Below, piece by piece: positions 8,732 through 17,593 of a DNA stretch of 28,596 nucleotides. The stretch's first letter is position 1. Each line of letters starts with the position of its first letter. The notes below the pieces were generated by a model. The model was not told the origin of the DNA. It ran no database searches and saw only the letters and a program-made list of their open reading frames with translations. Position numbers and translations under genes: made by a program. Origin of the DNA: an uncultured archaeon (GTDB lineage Archaea; Iainarchaeota; Iainarchaeia; Iainarchaeales; CSSED10-239); contig CAZPGO010000004.1 of assembly GCA_964586355.1 (NCBI GenBank), positions 1 through 28,596 of the forward strand, read 5' to 3'.

Positions 8732-10137
8732 CTACTTTTTTCTCGTAAAAGGGATTGTCTTATTTTTGGAAATCCTTTTACTTGCTCTAATATCTCTTTT
8801 TCTAGTTGATCTTTTCCTAAAATAATTTTTGATTCATTTTTTCTTATTGATACTGAAAAATTACCAGAATTTATTTCTTGATCTCCAATTACTAAAACAT
8901 ATGGTATCCATTCTTTTCTTGCGTTTATTATTTTTTTTGAAAGCCTATTGTCTGAATCATCAATATCCCATCTTATGCCTTCATTAAATTTCAAATTTTT
9001 ACAAAATTCTAAATGATTTAATGACACAGGAATTACTCTTAATTGTATTGGTGAAACCCATAATGGCAAAACTGGATGCTTCTGTTTTAATGATTGTTCT
9101 AATATGGAATAGATCAACCTCTCTATTGATCCAATAGATGAATGACAAATAACATACCCTTCTTTTTTTCCATTTTGATCAATATAGTTTAGACCATATA
9201 CTTTTGAGTCTTTTATGTCTAATTGTATAGTACTTAATTGAACATTACCATAAACACTATCAATAAACTGATATTCGTTTTTAATTGCCCAATAGTGTTT
9301 CATATCCGATAATAATTCAATAAATACTGGTTTTTTAGATATTTTGGAGATTTCTAAAATCATTGGTTTATATTCGTCATAATATTTTTCTACTACTCTA
9401 AAAACTATTGCAAAATCTATTTCTAGACCATTTAAAAGTTTATCAAATTTATTATGAAGTAATAAAAATTCTTCTTTTGCAGATTTGGAATCTTTTGAAA
9501 AACTATGAATATCTGGCATATGAAATGCTCTTAATCTTTTAAGCCCTGAAAGTTCTCCTTTTTTTTCAAATCTAAAACTTTTTGAAAATTCATAGATTCT
9601 GATTGGTAGTTGTTTATAATTTACATTTGCTGATTTTAACATTTTAAACAAACCAAAATCACCAGCAAATCTTAAAACAAATTCTTTTTTTTCATCATTT
9701 GGTACTTTAACTATATAATGTCTTTCATGAAATGATTTTGCTTGTTCTTGTATTTCTAAATCACTCCAATCATAAAGTATTGGCGAATCTATTTCTAAAC
9801 AGTTTAGATCTTTTATAGCAATATCATCACACCATTCTTTTATTAAGTTAAATAACACCTTCCCTTTTGGAAATAATTGAAAATGTCCTGAATCACTTGA
9901 AGGCACATAACCAATTAATTCTTGTTCTTGCATAACCTTTATTGACGGAGCTTCTTTGTTTGAAACTATTTTTAGTTCTTCTGCGTTTATGTAATGTTTA
10001 AGATTTTGATCTTCTTGATCTTCTAATTTTTTAAACATTTCTTCTTTGTTATTTATATTTAATTCTATTTCTTTTCCATTTTTTTCTAATATTAAATATC
10101 TTGATTTAATATCTTTAACTATTTCTTCTCTATTCAT
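8710..10137 (-). CDS. threonyl-tRNA synthetase-like class II aaRS, catalytic + anticodon-binding only (no editing domain)
   Basis: 475 aa. SGLKRLRAFHMPDIHSF is motif-2-like, ICHSSIGSIERLIY compares with HRAILGSVERF, and LPLWVSPIQLRVIPV compares with FPLWISPIQVIVLPI of the neighbouring thrS. It has no TGS/N2 domain and no archaeal editing domain. GGTGG Shine-Dalgarno lies 7 nt upstream. Confidence 0.75.
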   Translation of the reverse strand: MNREEIVKDIKSRYLILEKNGKEIELNINNKEEMFKKLEDQEDQNLKHYINAEELKIVSNKEAPSIKVMQEQELIGYVPSSDSGHFQLFPKGKVLFNLIKEWCDDIAIKDLNCLEIDSPILYDWSDLEIQEQAKSFHERHYIVKVPNDEKKEFVLRFAGDFGLFKMLKSANVNYKQLPIRIYEFSKSFRFEKKGELSGLKRLRAFHMPDIHSFSKDSKSAKEEFLLLHNKFDKLLNGLEIDFAIVFRVVEKYYDEYKPMILEISKISKKPVFIELLSDMKHYWAIKNEYQFIDSVYGNVQLSTIQLDIKDSKVYGLNYIDQNGKKEGYVICHSSIGSIERLIYSILEQSLKQKHPVLPLWVSPIQLRVIPVSLNHLEFCKNLKFNEGIRWDIDDSDNRLSKKIINARKEWIPYVLVIGDQEINSGNFSVSIRKNESKIILGKDQLEKEILEQVKGFPKIRQSLLREKSRSPIFYG

Positions 10138-10204
10138 ATTATTACCACCTATAATTATATTTTTATTTTATTTAAAACCAGACAAATCTTATTAGTAATA
10201 AGAT

Positions 10205-10288
10205 CTAGATTGTGTAAGTGGTGATTGAGGTGTACTGATAAATAGATAAATTGCTTTTATAGAAATTACATGATATATTTTCTTTCAT
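10205..10288 (-). CDS. 27-codon upstream micro-ORF (candidate leader peptide) MKENISCNFYKSNLSIYQYTSITTYTI
   Basis: ATG at 10288 is preceded by GAGGTG at a 6-nt spacing. TAG stop at 10207-10205, 67 nt upstream of the ThrRS-like start. The C-terminal 8 codons include 4 Thr and 2 Ile. Not in the ORF track because it is too short. Confidence 0.3.
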   Translation of the reverse strand: MKENISCNFYKSNLSIYQYTSITTYTI

Positions 10289-10364
10289 AAATTACACCTC
10301 TTTTTTTAAATTAATAAATATATTAAAGAAACAAAAGATTTATATAGCGTTTTTTTTTAAATAA

Positions 10365-11027
10365 TCACCTAGTTTCTAGATCTTCCAACCAATTAACATA
10401 TTCTCTTGGCAAATTACAATCATTTGCGCCTTTTATGATTGTTTGTTTATAAGTGTTACTTGGCAGGTCTTCTGTTTCTTTTACTTGAATATAAATATCA
10501 GCAATTATTTTTTCTTTATTTGGTAAGATTATCTCAATTAATTCTCTATTATAAGAATTTAATAAACGATCTCTATCTTTTCTATACCCTTCAACAACAT
10601 CTAATTTTTTTAGTTCTTTTTCTGTTAATAAAAAAACACAACCATAAACATTGTAATCTTGATTTGGTACAACACTTCCAACTCCTCTTGGAAAGATCAA
10701 CTTATAATTTTCTAATAATCCGTATGATTCTGGAACAATTGTTGGATTTCCAATCCTTCTTCTTAATAGATTTATATCCATATTACTACCATAACCAAAA
10801 TAATAGTGTTTTTCTTCTATATTATTTAGATCTACAGAATTTAATAAATCTTCATCAATTATTTGATTATCTAAATCTTTATTTTGATCTAAATCTTCAA
10901 TTGTTTTGTTTGAATCATTGGCGTTTGTGTTATTAAATTTTAATTTTTCTCTTGAGCAATTGTTAAGAACTATAAACAAAATCACAAATAATAATAAACA
11001 CAAACCAAATAATATTTTTTTATTCAT
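10365..11027 (-). CDS. gamma-glutamylcyclotransferase (GGCT/AIG2-like) with N-terminal signal/anchor
   Basis: Contains HYYFGYGSNMDINLLRRR (the YGSNM motif of the GGCT fold) and the later LDVVEGYR block. The N-terminus MNKKILFGLCLLLFVILFIVLNNCS is a hydrophobic signal with a Cys shortly after it. Confidence 0.7.
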   Translation of the reverse strand: MNKKILFGLCLLLFVILFIVLNNCSREKLKFNNTNANDSNKTIEDLDQNKDLDNQIIDEDLLNSVDLNNIEEKHYYFGYGSNMDINLLRRRIGNPTIVPESYGLLENYKLIFPRGVGSVVPNQDYNVYGCVFLLTEKELKKLDVVEGYRKDRDRLLNSYNRELIEIILPNKEKIIADIYIQVKETEDLPSNTYKQTIIKGANDCNLPREYVNWLEDLETR

Positions 11028-11036
11028 AATTAAATA

Positions 11037-11789
11037 TCATTGTTCTAAAAAATAATAATAATCTTCAATTACTTCTTTTCCTATTTTTTCGTCTTTTGGA
11101 AAGGTCTCAATTATTCCAAAGTCAATATGTTCTTTTAATCTTTTTAAATCTAAAGAGCCTTGTCCAAGATTTAGTGGATTACTATTTCCTGTTTTTGGAT
11201 TATTATCTGATATGTGAAAATAGATCTTTGTTATATATTTTCTAAGAGAAAACAAATACTCTTCTAGATCTTCCTGAGAATAATTTTTAGTAAAATGACA
11301 AACATCAAAACAGATTCTTGAAATCTTAGCAATCTTTATATACTCTAACCAATTGTCTTTATTTTCTGAAAAATTACCTGTTTGATTTTCTATATACATA
11401 TATTTATCTATTCCTTTATACTTATCTCTTAATAGATTCAAATTAGAAATAGATTTTTCCATTGATTTTCCCTTATAAGCAGAATGAACAACAAACCCTG
11501 TCACAAAATTTAGCTGTTTACAAACAGAATAGATCTTATAATAAAGATCTTCATTATATTCAGATAATGATAAATATTCTTTTTGTTTTTCCATGATTGG
11601 AGCATGCAGCATTATTTTAAGATTTGGATGTTTATTATGTATGTTTAATAATTTTTCTTTAAACTTGAAAAAATCTAAAAAATCTTTTTCATATAAATGC
11701 AGTTCTAATAATTTAAGATCTTTTATAATTTTATTATTTAATTGATCTTGATCTAATGAGGACTTAAGCCCAATAATTTTTGTAACCAT
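11037..11789 (-). CDS. xylose isomerase-like TIM-barrel protein (AP endonuclease family 2 / sugar phosphate isomerase-epimerase family)
   Basis: The ordered blocks LHAP, VVHSAY, YIENQTG, CFDVCHF, FHISDN, LGQGSLD and IIETF mirror the endonuclease IV-type metal-site blocks. The D/H pair of the last Endo IV site is not evident, so only the superfamily is called. Confidence 0.6.
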   Translation of the reverse strand: MVTKIIGLKSSLDQDQLNNKIIKDLKLLELHLYEKDFLDFFKFKEKLLNIHNKHPNLKIMLHAPIMEKQKEYLSLSEYNEDLYYKIYSVCKQLNFVTGFVVHSAYKGKSMEKSISNLNLLRDKYKGIDKYMYIENQTGNFSENKDNWLEYIKIAKISRICFDVCHFTKNYSQEDLEEYLFSLRKYITKIYFHISDNNPKTGNSNPLNLGQGSLDLKRLKEHIDFGIIETFPKDEKIGKEVIEDYYYFLEQ

Positions 11790-11858
11790 ATAAATACCTT
11801 AATATATTTATAGAAATAGAGTTTAAAAAACTATTTAAAAAAAAGAAAAAAAGAAAAT

Positions 11859-12329
11859 TTATTTATTCTTCCAAGCAACAACACCCATTATTACTAAATG
11901 AGCAATTCCGGCTAAAAAACCAACTACTGGAATTACTGATAATAATGGTACTAATGATAACCATCCAGAATACTTTCTTTTTTCATAAATTCTCCATAAG
12001 GAAATTATTAGCAAAACAGCTACTGCAATAGTACCTAATATAGGAACCAATAGTAAAAATACTAATGCCCAATGGAAATTACCTAACTGTAAAATCATTG
12101 CTAGATTTGCCACTGGTATCCATGCAAGCCAAGAACGTTTATATCCTAGTTTCTTACCTATAGTAAATAACACTAAAGACGAATAAATATACACAAGTAT
12201 ACTTACAACAACAGCAATCAACATAAATGCTGCAAACATTGCAGCAATCCAACTAAGTAATCCAAACATAGCCAAATTCATTTCTGTGGATGATACATTA
12301 ACTGCACCGATCAAAAAGTTTGTGATCAT
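11859..12329 (-). CDS. small integral membrane protein (4 predicted TM helices)
   Basis: 156 aa and strongly hydrophobic. It has a GYKRSWLAWIPVANLAMILQLG motif seen in small uncharacterised membrane proteins. Confidence 0.55.
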   Translation of the reverse strand: MITNFLIGAVNVSSTEMNLAMFGLLSWIAAMFAAFMLIAVVVSILVYIYSSLVLFTIGKKLGYKRSWLAWIPVANLAMILQLGNFHWALVFLLLVPILGTIAVAVLLIISLWRIYEKRKYSGWLSLVPLLSVIPVVGFLAGIAHLVIMGVVAWKNK

Positions 12330-12406
12330 TTCTAATCCCCCATATTTTTATTTAATTATATTTTATTATTTAATTATAGATAATAGTTATAGAATAAATT
12401 TATAAA

Positions 12407-13018
12407 CTATCTTCTATGAGAGTTTAGAGCACGATTATATTTTTCAAAGAAATGTTCTTGCCTTTTAAAAGAATAATCTATTCCTCCTGGGCCAGTAAAA
12501 TCTATATTTCCCTTAAAAACATCTCTTATTCTAGAATATTCTCTATTATATTTTCCTGCTTTATCTCCAAGAGCTCTTAACTCTTTCAAACTTATTTTTT
12601 TAAGATCTATATTTTCTAATTGCTTAAAATATGTGTTTATGGAATCTACTTTATTACCCACAGCTCTTTCAACAAACCTTTTTTTTTCTTTAACTTTTTT
12701 CTGAAATTCTACTAATTCTTTTTCAAATTTTTCTATAGATTCTGATCTTTTTGTGCCATCTTTTACTTCTCTTAGTTGATAAATGGCTTCACTTAGATTG
12801 GCATCTAAAACAATTAATCTAGAATAATGTCTATTTAATTCTGGAAACTTACCGCCAACTGCTAATAACCCCAATTTCATCTGGCTTACTTGTATCTTAA
12901 ATTTTTTCAAAGTACTAGATTGTTTTAAAATACTATTTCTAGTTTCAAATTTTATTGCTGGTTTTTTTTGGGTTTTTTTTACTTGTGTGGTTTTCTTTAT
13001 TGGTTTTGATATTGGCAT
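12407..13018 (-). CDS. hypothetical basic coiled-coil protein
   Basis: 203-aa ORF with a Lys-rich N-terminus and heptad-like charged middle. No motif recognised. Confidence 0.45.
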   Translation of the reverse strand: MPISKPIKKTTQVKKTQKKPAIKFETRNSILKQSSTLKKFKIQVSQMKLGLLAVGGKFPELNRHYSRLIVLDANLSEAIYQLREVKDGTKRSESIEKFEKELVEFQKKVKEKKRFVERAVGNKVDSINTYFKQLENIDLKKISLKELRALGDKAGKYNREYSRIRDVFKGNIDFTGPGGIDYSFKRQEHFFEKYNRALNSHRR

Positions 13019-13101
13019 AAAAACACACCTCTTTTATAATTTTAATTATTAATATTAAAGAGTTATGTTTTTTAAAGTTATCTTTTTTGGATTTGTTAAA
13101 A

Positions 13102-13719
13102 TTAGATAAAAAAACCAATAATAGAATGAGATGCAAAAATATAGAGAAAATTAAGTATTCCTTCACCAATCAATACTCCAAAAAAGCATTTTCTATATTG
13201 TATATCTAAAGAACTAGCAACATAAATTATTAGATCTGTTGCCACAAATGGCATAAAGCTCCAAAGAACAATAATAAATATCATTTTATTTTTAAGTGTT
13301 TTTTTTAGTTTAATAATCTGTTTAGGGTATTTTTTCTCAAGAAGTTTATCTAAACCCACATATTGTGAAAAATAATAGATTATTGTCATTGCACCAATTA
13401 TTGCAATCAGATTATAAATAAAAGTCTCTAGAGGTGAAAAAAATAAAAGCCCTGCTATTGCAAATGGGGTTGTTGGTATTAAAGTTATTCCAATTAATGT
13501 TAATAAAAAAATATAAATAATTATTGCTAAAAACTTATTATTTGTAACAAAATAATTTAAGAAATTAATATCAAAAAGATCTTTTTTAATCACAAATAAA
13601 ATACTTATTATAAAAATTATTAAAAACCACAAAAAAAAAACATTTTTTCTAAATTTTATTTTTTCAACTATTTTTGGAACTTGTTCTTTTATTTTTGTTT
13701 TTATTTTATTTGAGTTCAT
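13102..13719 (-). CDS. TVP38/TMEM64 (DedA-superfamily) membrane protein, tentative
   Basis: 205 aa with 5-6 TM segments. The re-entrant-like segment IGITLIPTTPFAIAGLLFF and overall size resemble SNARE-associated/DedA family proteins. Confidence 0.5.
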   Translation of the reverse strand: MNSNKIKTKIKEQVPKIVEKIKFRKNVFFLWFLIIFIISILFVIKKDLFDINFLNYFVTNNKFLAIIIYIFLLTLIGITLIPTTPFAIAGLLFFSPLETFIYNLIAIIGAMTIIYYFSQYVGLDKLLEKKYPKQIIKLKKTLKNKMIFIIVLWSFMPFVATDLIIYVASSLDIQYRKCFFGVLIGEGILNFLYIFASHSIIGFFI

Positions 13720-13847
13720 TATAATATATTGTACAAAGATAAGTATTATAAAATCATTTGCTAAGATAAAAAAGAAATATTTTCTAAAAACAAAAACAAA
13801 GGGTTTATAAAGATTTCAAACCAAAAAAATATGCAAAAAATTAAAAA

Positions 13848-14900
13848 ATGGTGAAAAGAATGAGTGAAGATTATCTCAAAGAGATAAAAGAACGTAATGA
13901 AAACTTTGAAACAGAAAATCAAGAACCAGTTGAAGCAAATTATACAATTACTAATGAACAAAATAGTAATCCAGATCCAGCACCCTCCTTTGATTTTAAA
14001 GAATCAACAGAGATAAAAAAACCAAGATCTTTTAAGATGCTATTTATTGTTTTAGGAGTTATATTATTAATTGCTGCTATTGCAATAGGTTTTAGTCTAT
14101 TACAAAAAACAGATGTGGATTTAAATAATCCTGAAAATACCACGAATCTAACAGACACAAACAGTAATGTTGAAAATTTAACTGATTTAGAAAACACAGA
14201 TAACCTAGATTCTAACGCCTCCCAAGATCAAGAGCAGGATACTGGCATTAATAATGATGAAAATCTTAGTGAAATTGAAACAATTTTACTTAACTGCCAA
14301 CCATATACACAAACAAAAGAAGTTGAAAACTTTTTGTCTTGGCCTAGTGCTTTAGTAAAATTAAATTATGAATATAATATAATTGGATTAACAGAAAGTA
14401 ACGAGTGTGAAATTGAACAAAAAATAACTGATATGGAATATAAATTTGATAAAAATCAAATTATTGAACATCTTGACAATCCTGAAAACAAGTTAAAAAT
14501 ATTTACTAACACAGCTTTTATGTTTGGACCGGATAGTAATTTCCCCGATATTAATGAAATAAATGACTTTTCAGAAATAGAGTCTGATGTTGATAATTTA
14601 ATAATACAACTAAAAGAAAGTGTCATTTCATATTATGATAGTCTCTCTGAAGAAGATTGGACAAATCTAAAAATGTTAGAAGAATCTATAAATTTAGATG
14701 GTGATGATTCTAACAAAGATCAGAAAATAACTTGCTATGTTTCAAACAAATCATATATACCTAAACTTATCGGTATAAGTGAAAAAAGTTCTGAAGAAAT
14801 TATAGCAAATATGAAATCAAATCAAAATATAGATCTGTATATTAATTCTATTGAAGAAAGAGCAGATTATGATTGGGGTTATTGTATACAACAACCTTAA
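13848..14900 (+). CDS. single-pass membrane protein with acidic Asn/Asp-rich extracytoplasmic domain
   Basis: 350 aa with one TM (MLFIVLGVILLIAAIAIGFSLL), then a low-complexity N/D/E/T-rich linker and a Cys-containing globular part. No known motif. Confidence 0.55.
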   Translation: MVKRMSEDYLKEIKERNENFETENQEPVEANYTITNEQNSNPDPAPSFDFKESTEIKKPRSFKMLFIVLGVILLIAAIAIGFSLLQKTDVDLNNPENTTNLTDTNSNVENLTDLENTDNLDSNASQDQEQDTGINNDENLSEIETILLNCQPYTQTKEVENFLSWPSALVKLNYEYNIIGLTESNECEIEQKITDMEYKFDKNQIIEHLDNPENKLKIFTNTAFMFGPDSNFPDINEINDFSEIESDVDNLIIQLKESVISYYDSLSEEDWTNLKMLEESINLDGDDSNKDQKITCYVSNKSYIPKLIGISEKSSEEIIANMKSNQNIDLYINSIEERADYDWGYCIQQP

Positions 14901-14906
14901 TTTTTT

Positions 14907-15869
14907 TTATTTTTTTTTAATATAATTTCTTAAAAAATAAACAATATTAGAAACTTCTTTTTCATATAAACAATTAGGATAACTATCTATTTCAAAATTT
15001 AATTTTTCTAAACTAACATTTTTCACAGAACTTTTTTCATAATCATGAGAATCTATTCCTTGTTCTATAAACAAAGCTTTAATTCTACTCTCTGTTATAG
15101 AAACATCTTTTGCAAGAAGCATATTTTTTAGAAACATTTCAAAAGATTTTTTAAGATCTTCAAATTTCAAATATTTTTTTTTTGAATCTTGATCGTCTTT
15201 ATTAATTTTTATTAAAAAAACACCTTTGTTATTTATTATAATAAAATCAAATCTTATTTCTCTTGCTTTTATTTTTTTAAATTTAGTTATGGCTATATTA
15301 ACACCACAAAGAACATGAGAATCATCTTTTAATTTTAATAACTGATCTAATACTTTTGTTTCTTGTTTTGCTTTTTTATATAATGAATCTTCTTTTAATT
15401 TTTCTAAAGTTTGTATTTTAAGGACTAGATCTTTTTGTCTTTCTAAAAAAACAAGATCTGGATTATTTTTAAGATCTAAAAGTTGTTTTTCTAAAGTGTT
15501 TTGTAATTTTTTTGATTTTTTTAACAAGGTTGGTTTTTCTTTTTTTGTTATGTATATTTTATTTATAAAACCAACAATTTTTTGTAATTTTGTTTCTTGT
15601 TCAGCGATTTCGGCAAGATCCAGATCTATTTTTTCTAAATTTTCGGATAATTTTTTTTCATCTTCTAGAATCTGTTTTTCTAGAGTCTCTATCTCATAAG
15701 AAATATTTTCCAAAAAACCTTTTTTTTCTGAATCTATATCCATAGTATATCTTAAATAACTCTGATCTATCTTATCGGTAGTATAACTATCATTTTGTTT
15801 ATTTATATATTCTGGACATTTATTTAATAGATCTATATCTGATCTACAATAACCATATATTACTGCCAT
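14907..15869 (-). CDS. hypothetical coiled-coil protein with possible degenerate NERD-like C-terminal region
   Basis: 320 aa with a long K/E/L heptad region. The C-terminal EIRFDFIIINNKGVFLIKINK loosely resembles the NERD core (xIDhxxI..GxxxIExK) but lacks the acidic residues. Confidence 0.45.
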   Translation of the reverse strand: MAVIYGYCRSDIDLLNKCPEYINKQNDSYTTDKIDQSYLRYTMDIDSEKKGFLENISYEIETLEKQILEDEKKLSENLEKIDLDLAEIAEQETKLQKIVGFINKIYITKKEKPTLLKKSKKLQNTLEKQLLDLKNNPDLVFLERQKDLVLKIQTLEKLKEDSLYKKAKQETKVLDQLLKLKDDSHVLCGVNIAITKFKKIKAREIRFDFIIINNKGVFLIKINKDDQDSKKKYLKFEDLKKSFEMFLKNMLLAKDVSITESRIKALFIEQGIDSHDYEKSSVKNVSLEKLNFEIDSYPNCLYEKEVSNIVYFLRNYIKKK

Positions 15870-15977
15870 AATTATATAGATATAGTATATATTTAAAAAT
15901 CAACATAATTAAATATTATTTATATTAAATATAAAAACTTTAATTAAATATAAAGACTTTAATTAAAAAAATATCTT

Positions 15978-17183
15978 TTAAATAATTAAACTTGCTTTAA
16001 CAAAACATTTTATTGCTTCTCTAAAGGTTGGAGCAAAGCTATTTGGATCTGTTTCTATTTTTTCTTTGATCTCTTCTATACTAAATGCTTTAATATATTG
16101 TATTTCTTCAGGATTTGGCTTTAAACAATTAGGATCTATTTCTTCTTTTGTTGTATATACTTTGAAAAATGCCTTATAGTCTTCTTGATCATAAAAGAAA
16201 AAACACACTTCTTCTAATTCTAAACTTGAATTAATTTCTTCTATTCCTTCTCTTATAGCTCCATCTAAATATGATTCTCCTGCAAGAACTTTACCACCAA
16301 CACAACAAATCCAGGTGTCTGGAAATGGTTGTTGTTTTTTAGATCTTTTTGATAATAAAAATTTGTTGTTAAAGGTTCTTGGTATAATTAAAGAACATCT
16401 ATGAATAAACATTCTTTTTTTTAGTTCTGATTTTGGATGGATTGCTATAACATTTCCATTTAAATCTAATTCTTCTATTTGTTCTTCTTTCATTATTTTT
16501 ATAACATTATCTAAAAGTTGCAAAAAATCTTTATCTTTTGGTTGGCTTTGCCAAATTTCTGAAATGACTTGGCGAAGAGAAATATGGTCTAAATATCCTT
16601 TATCTTCTATTTCAATTATATCTTTTAATTCTAAATTTAAAAGTACAGTAATTGCTTCTTTTAAATCACTAGTTTGATTTTTAGACAAACCTTTATCTAA
16701 ACAATAATCCTCAAAATAATAATGAAAAAAAAGATGTATTACTTCATGACTAAATACCATTATCTGTATATTATTTTCTATAACTAAATTATTCAAATAC
16801 AAGCCATAAGTTTGACTTTTTTTTCCTTGATAAATATACGGACAAGCAGTAAATGTGGTATATTTGACAATAATTCTTTTTACAGGTAACTTTTTATTAT
16901 GTATTTGTTCTAATCTTTCAATAATTAGATCAAATTTATCTTTAATTTTATTATAAGAATCTATTCTAAATTTATTTAGATTTTCTTCTGTATAATATTG
17001 TTTAATATGTTCTAATATAATTTCTTTTTGTTCTTTTTCTGATTTATTTAATAATTTGGATAAAAATTCCTTTGGTAATAATTCTAAAAAGTTTAAACCA
17101 TAAGTAGCTTTATTTGATTTTAAAAATCTCAACCATATATTGATATCTGATTCCTCATTAACTTGAAATTGAAGATTTGTCAT
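15978..17183 (-). CDS. fusion protein: N-terminal HExxH-motif domain + C-terminal Nudix hydrolase (IDI-like subgroup)
   Basis: HEVIH lies at residues 146-150 (nt 16734-16748). The Nudix box GGKVLAGESYLDGAIREGIEEIN is at residues 296-318, preceded by IHRCSLII and LLSKRSKKQQPFPDTW as in IDI-type Nudix proteins. Confidence 0.75.
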   Translation of the reverse strand: MTNLQFQVNEESDINIWLRFLKSNKATYGLNFLELLPKEFLSKLLNKSEKEQKEIILEHIKQYYTEENLNKFRIDSYNKIKDKFDLIIERLEQIHNKKLPVKRIIVKYTTFTACPYIYQGKKSQTYGLYLNNLVIENNIQIMVFSHEVIHLFFHYYFEDYCLDKGLSKNQTSDLKEAITVLLNLELKDIIEIEDKGYLDHISLRQVISEIWQSQPKDKDFLQLLDNVIKIMKEEQIEELDLNGNVIAIHPKSELKKRMFIHRCSLIIPRTFNNKFLLSKRSKKQQPFPDTWICCVGGKVLAGESYLDGAIREGIEEINSSLELEEVCFFFYDQEDYKAFFKVYTTKEEIDPNCLKPNPEEIQYIKAFSIEEIKEKIETDPNSFAPTFREAIKCFVKASLII

Positions 17184-17227
17184 TTTTAATTTACCTATTT
17201 TTAATTATTTTATCAAAAAAAAAATAT

Positions 17228-17593
17228 TCATTCTCTACCTGGTTTTTCCCAATGACCCTTATATTTCTCAATAGGATATTTTGCTTCTGTTTTTTTTAAT
17301 TTTTTGTAAAATGCTTTTTCTAGATCTATTTTATTTTTACTAGAAAATAATAAAAGATATCCAAAAGTGTCTGCTAATTCATCCTCTATCATTTCTCTTT
17401 TTTTTGGATTTTTTAACATTTCTGCTATTTCTTCATTTGTTTTTGATCTAAACAACTCTAACAATTCACAACCTTCTGTCACTATTCCTATAGCAAGATC
17501 TTTAGTACTATGATATTTACTCCATTCTCTATCTTTTTCAAATTTAAGTATTGATTTTTCTAGTTCTTTTATTGTTTTTGCCATTAAGATCAC
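17228..17593 (-). CDS. MazG-like nucleotide pyrophosphohydrolase (all-alpha NTP-PPase)
   Basis: 121 aa. The segments REWSKYHSTKDLAIGIVTEGCELLELF and EDELADTFGYLLLF carry the paired acidic helices (ExxE ... ExxD) typical of small MazG/dCTPase-like proteins. Confidence 0.8.
   Translation of the reverse strand: MILMAKTIKELEKSILKFEKDREWSKYHSTKDLAIGIVTEGCELLELFRSKTNEEIAEMLKNPKKREMIEDELADTFGYLLLFSSKNKIDLEKAFYKKLKKTEAKYPIEKYKGHWEKPGRE

Noticed and set aside
10439-10936. 165-aa plus-strand ORF opposite the GGCT-like gene
   Set aside because: Its low-complexity Leu/Phe/Tyr-rich translation is typical of AT-rich antisense frames. The GGCT motif on the other strand explains the region.
12945-13169. 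74-aa minus-strand ORF bridging two genes
   Set aside because: It overlaps the start of 12407..13018 and the end of 13102..13719, which read better with a normal spacer. No motif, so probably spurious.
13761-14197. ORFs 13761..13961 and 13940..14197 on the minus strand
   Set aside because: They are antisense to or overlap the 350-aa plus-strand gene and its promoter. The translations are Phe/Ile-rich low complexity.
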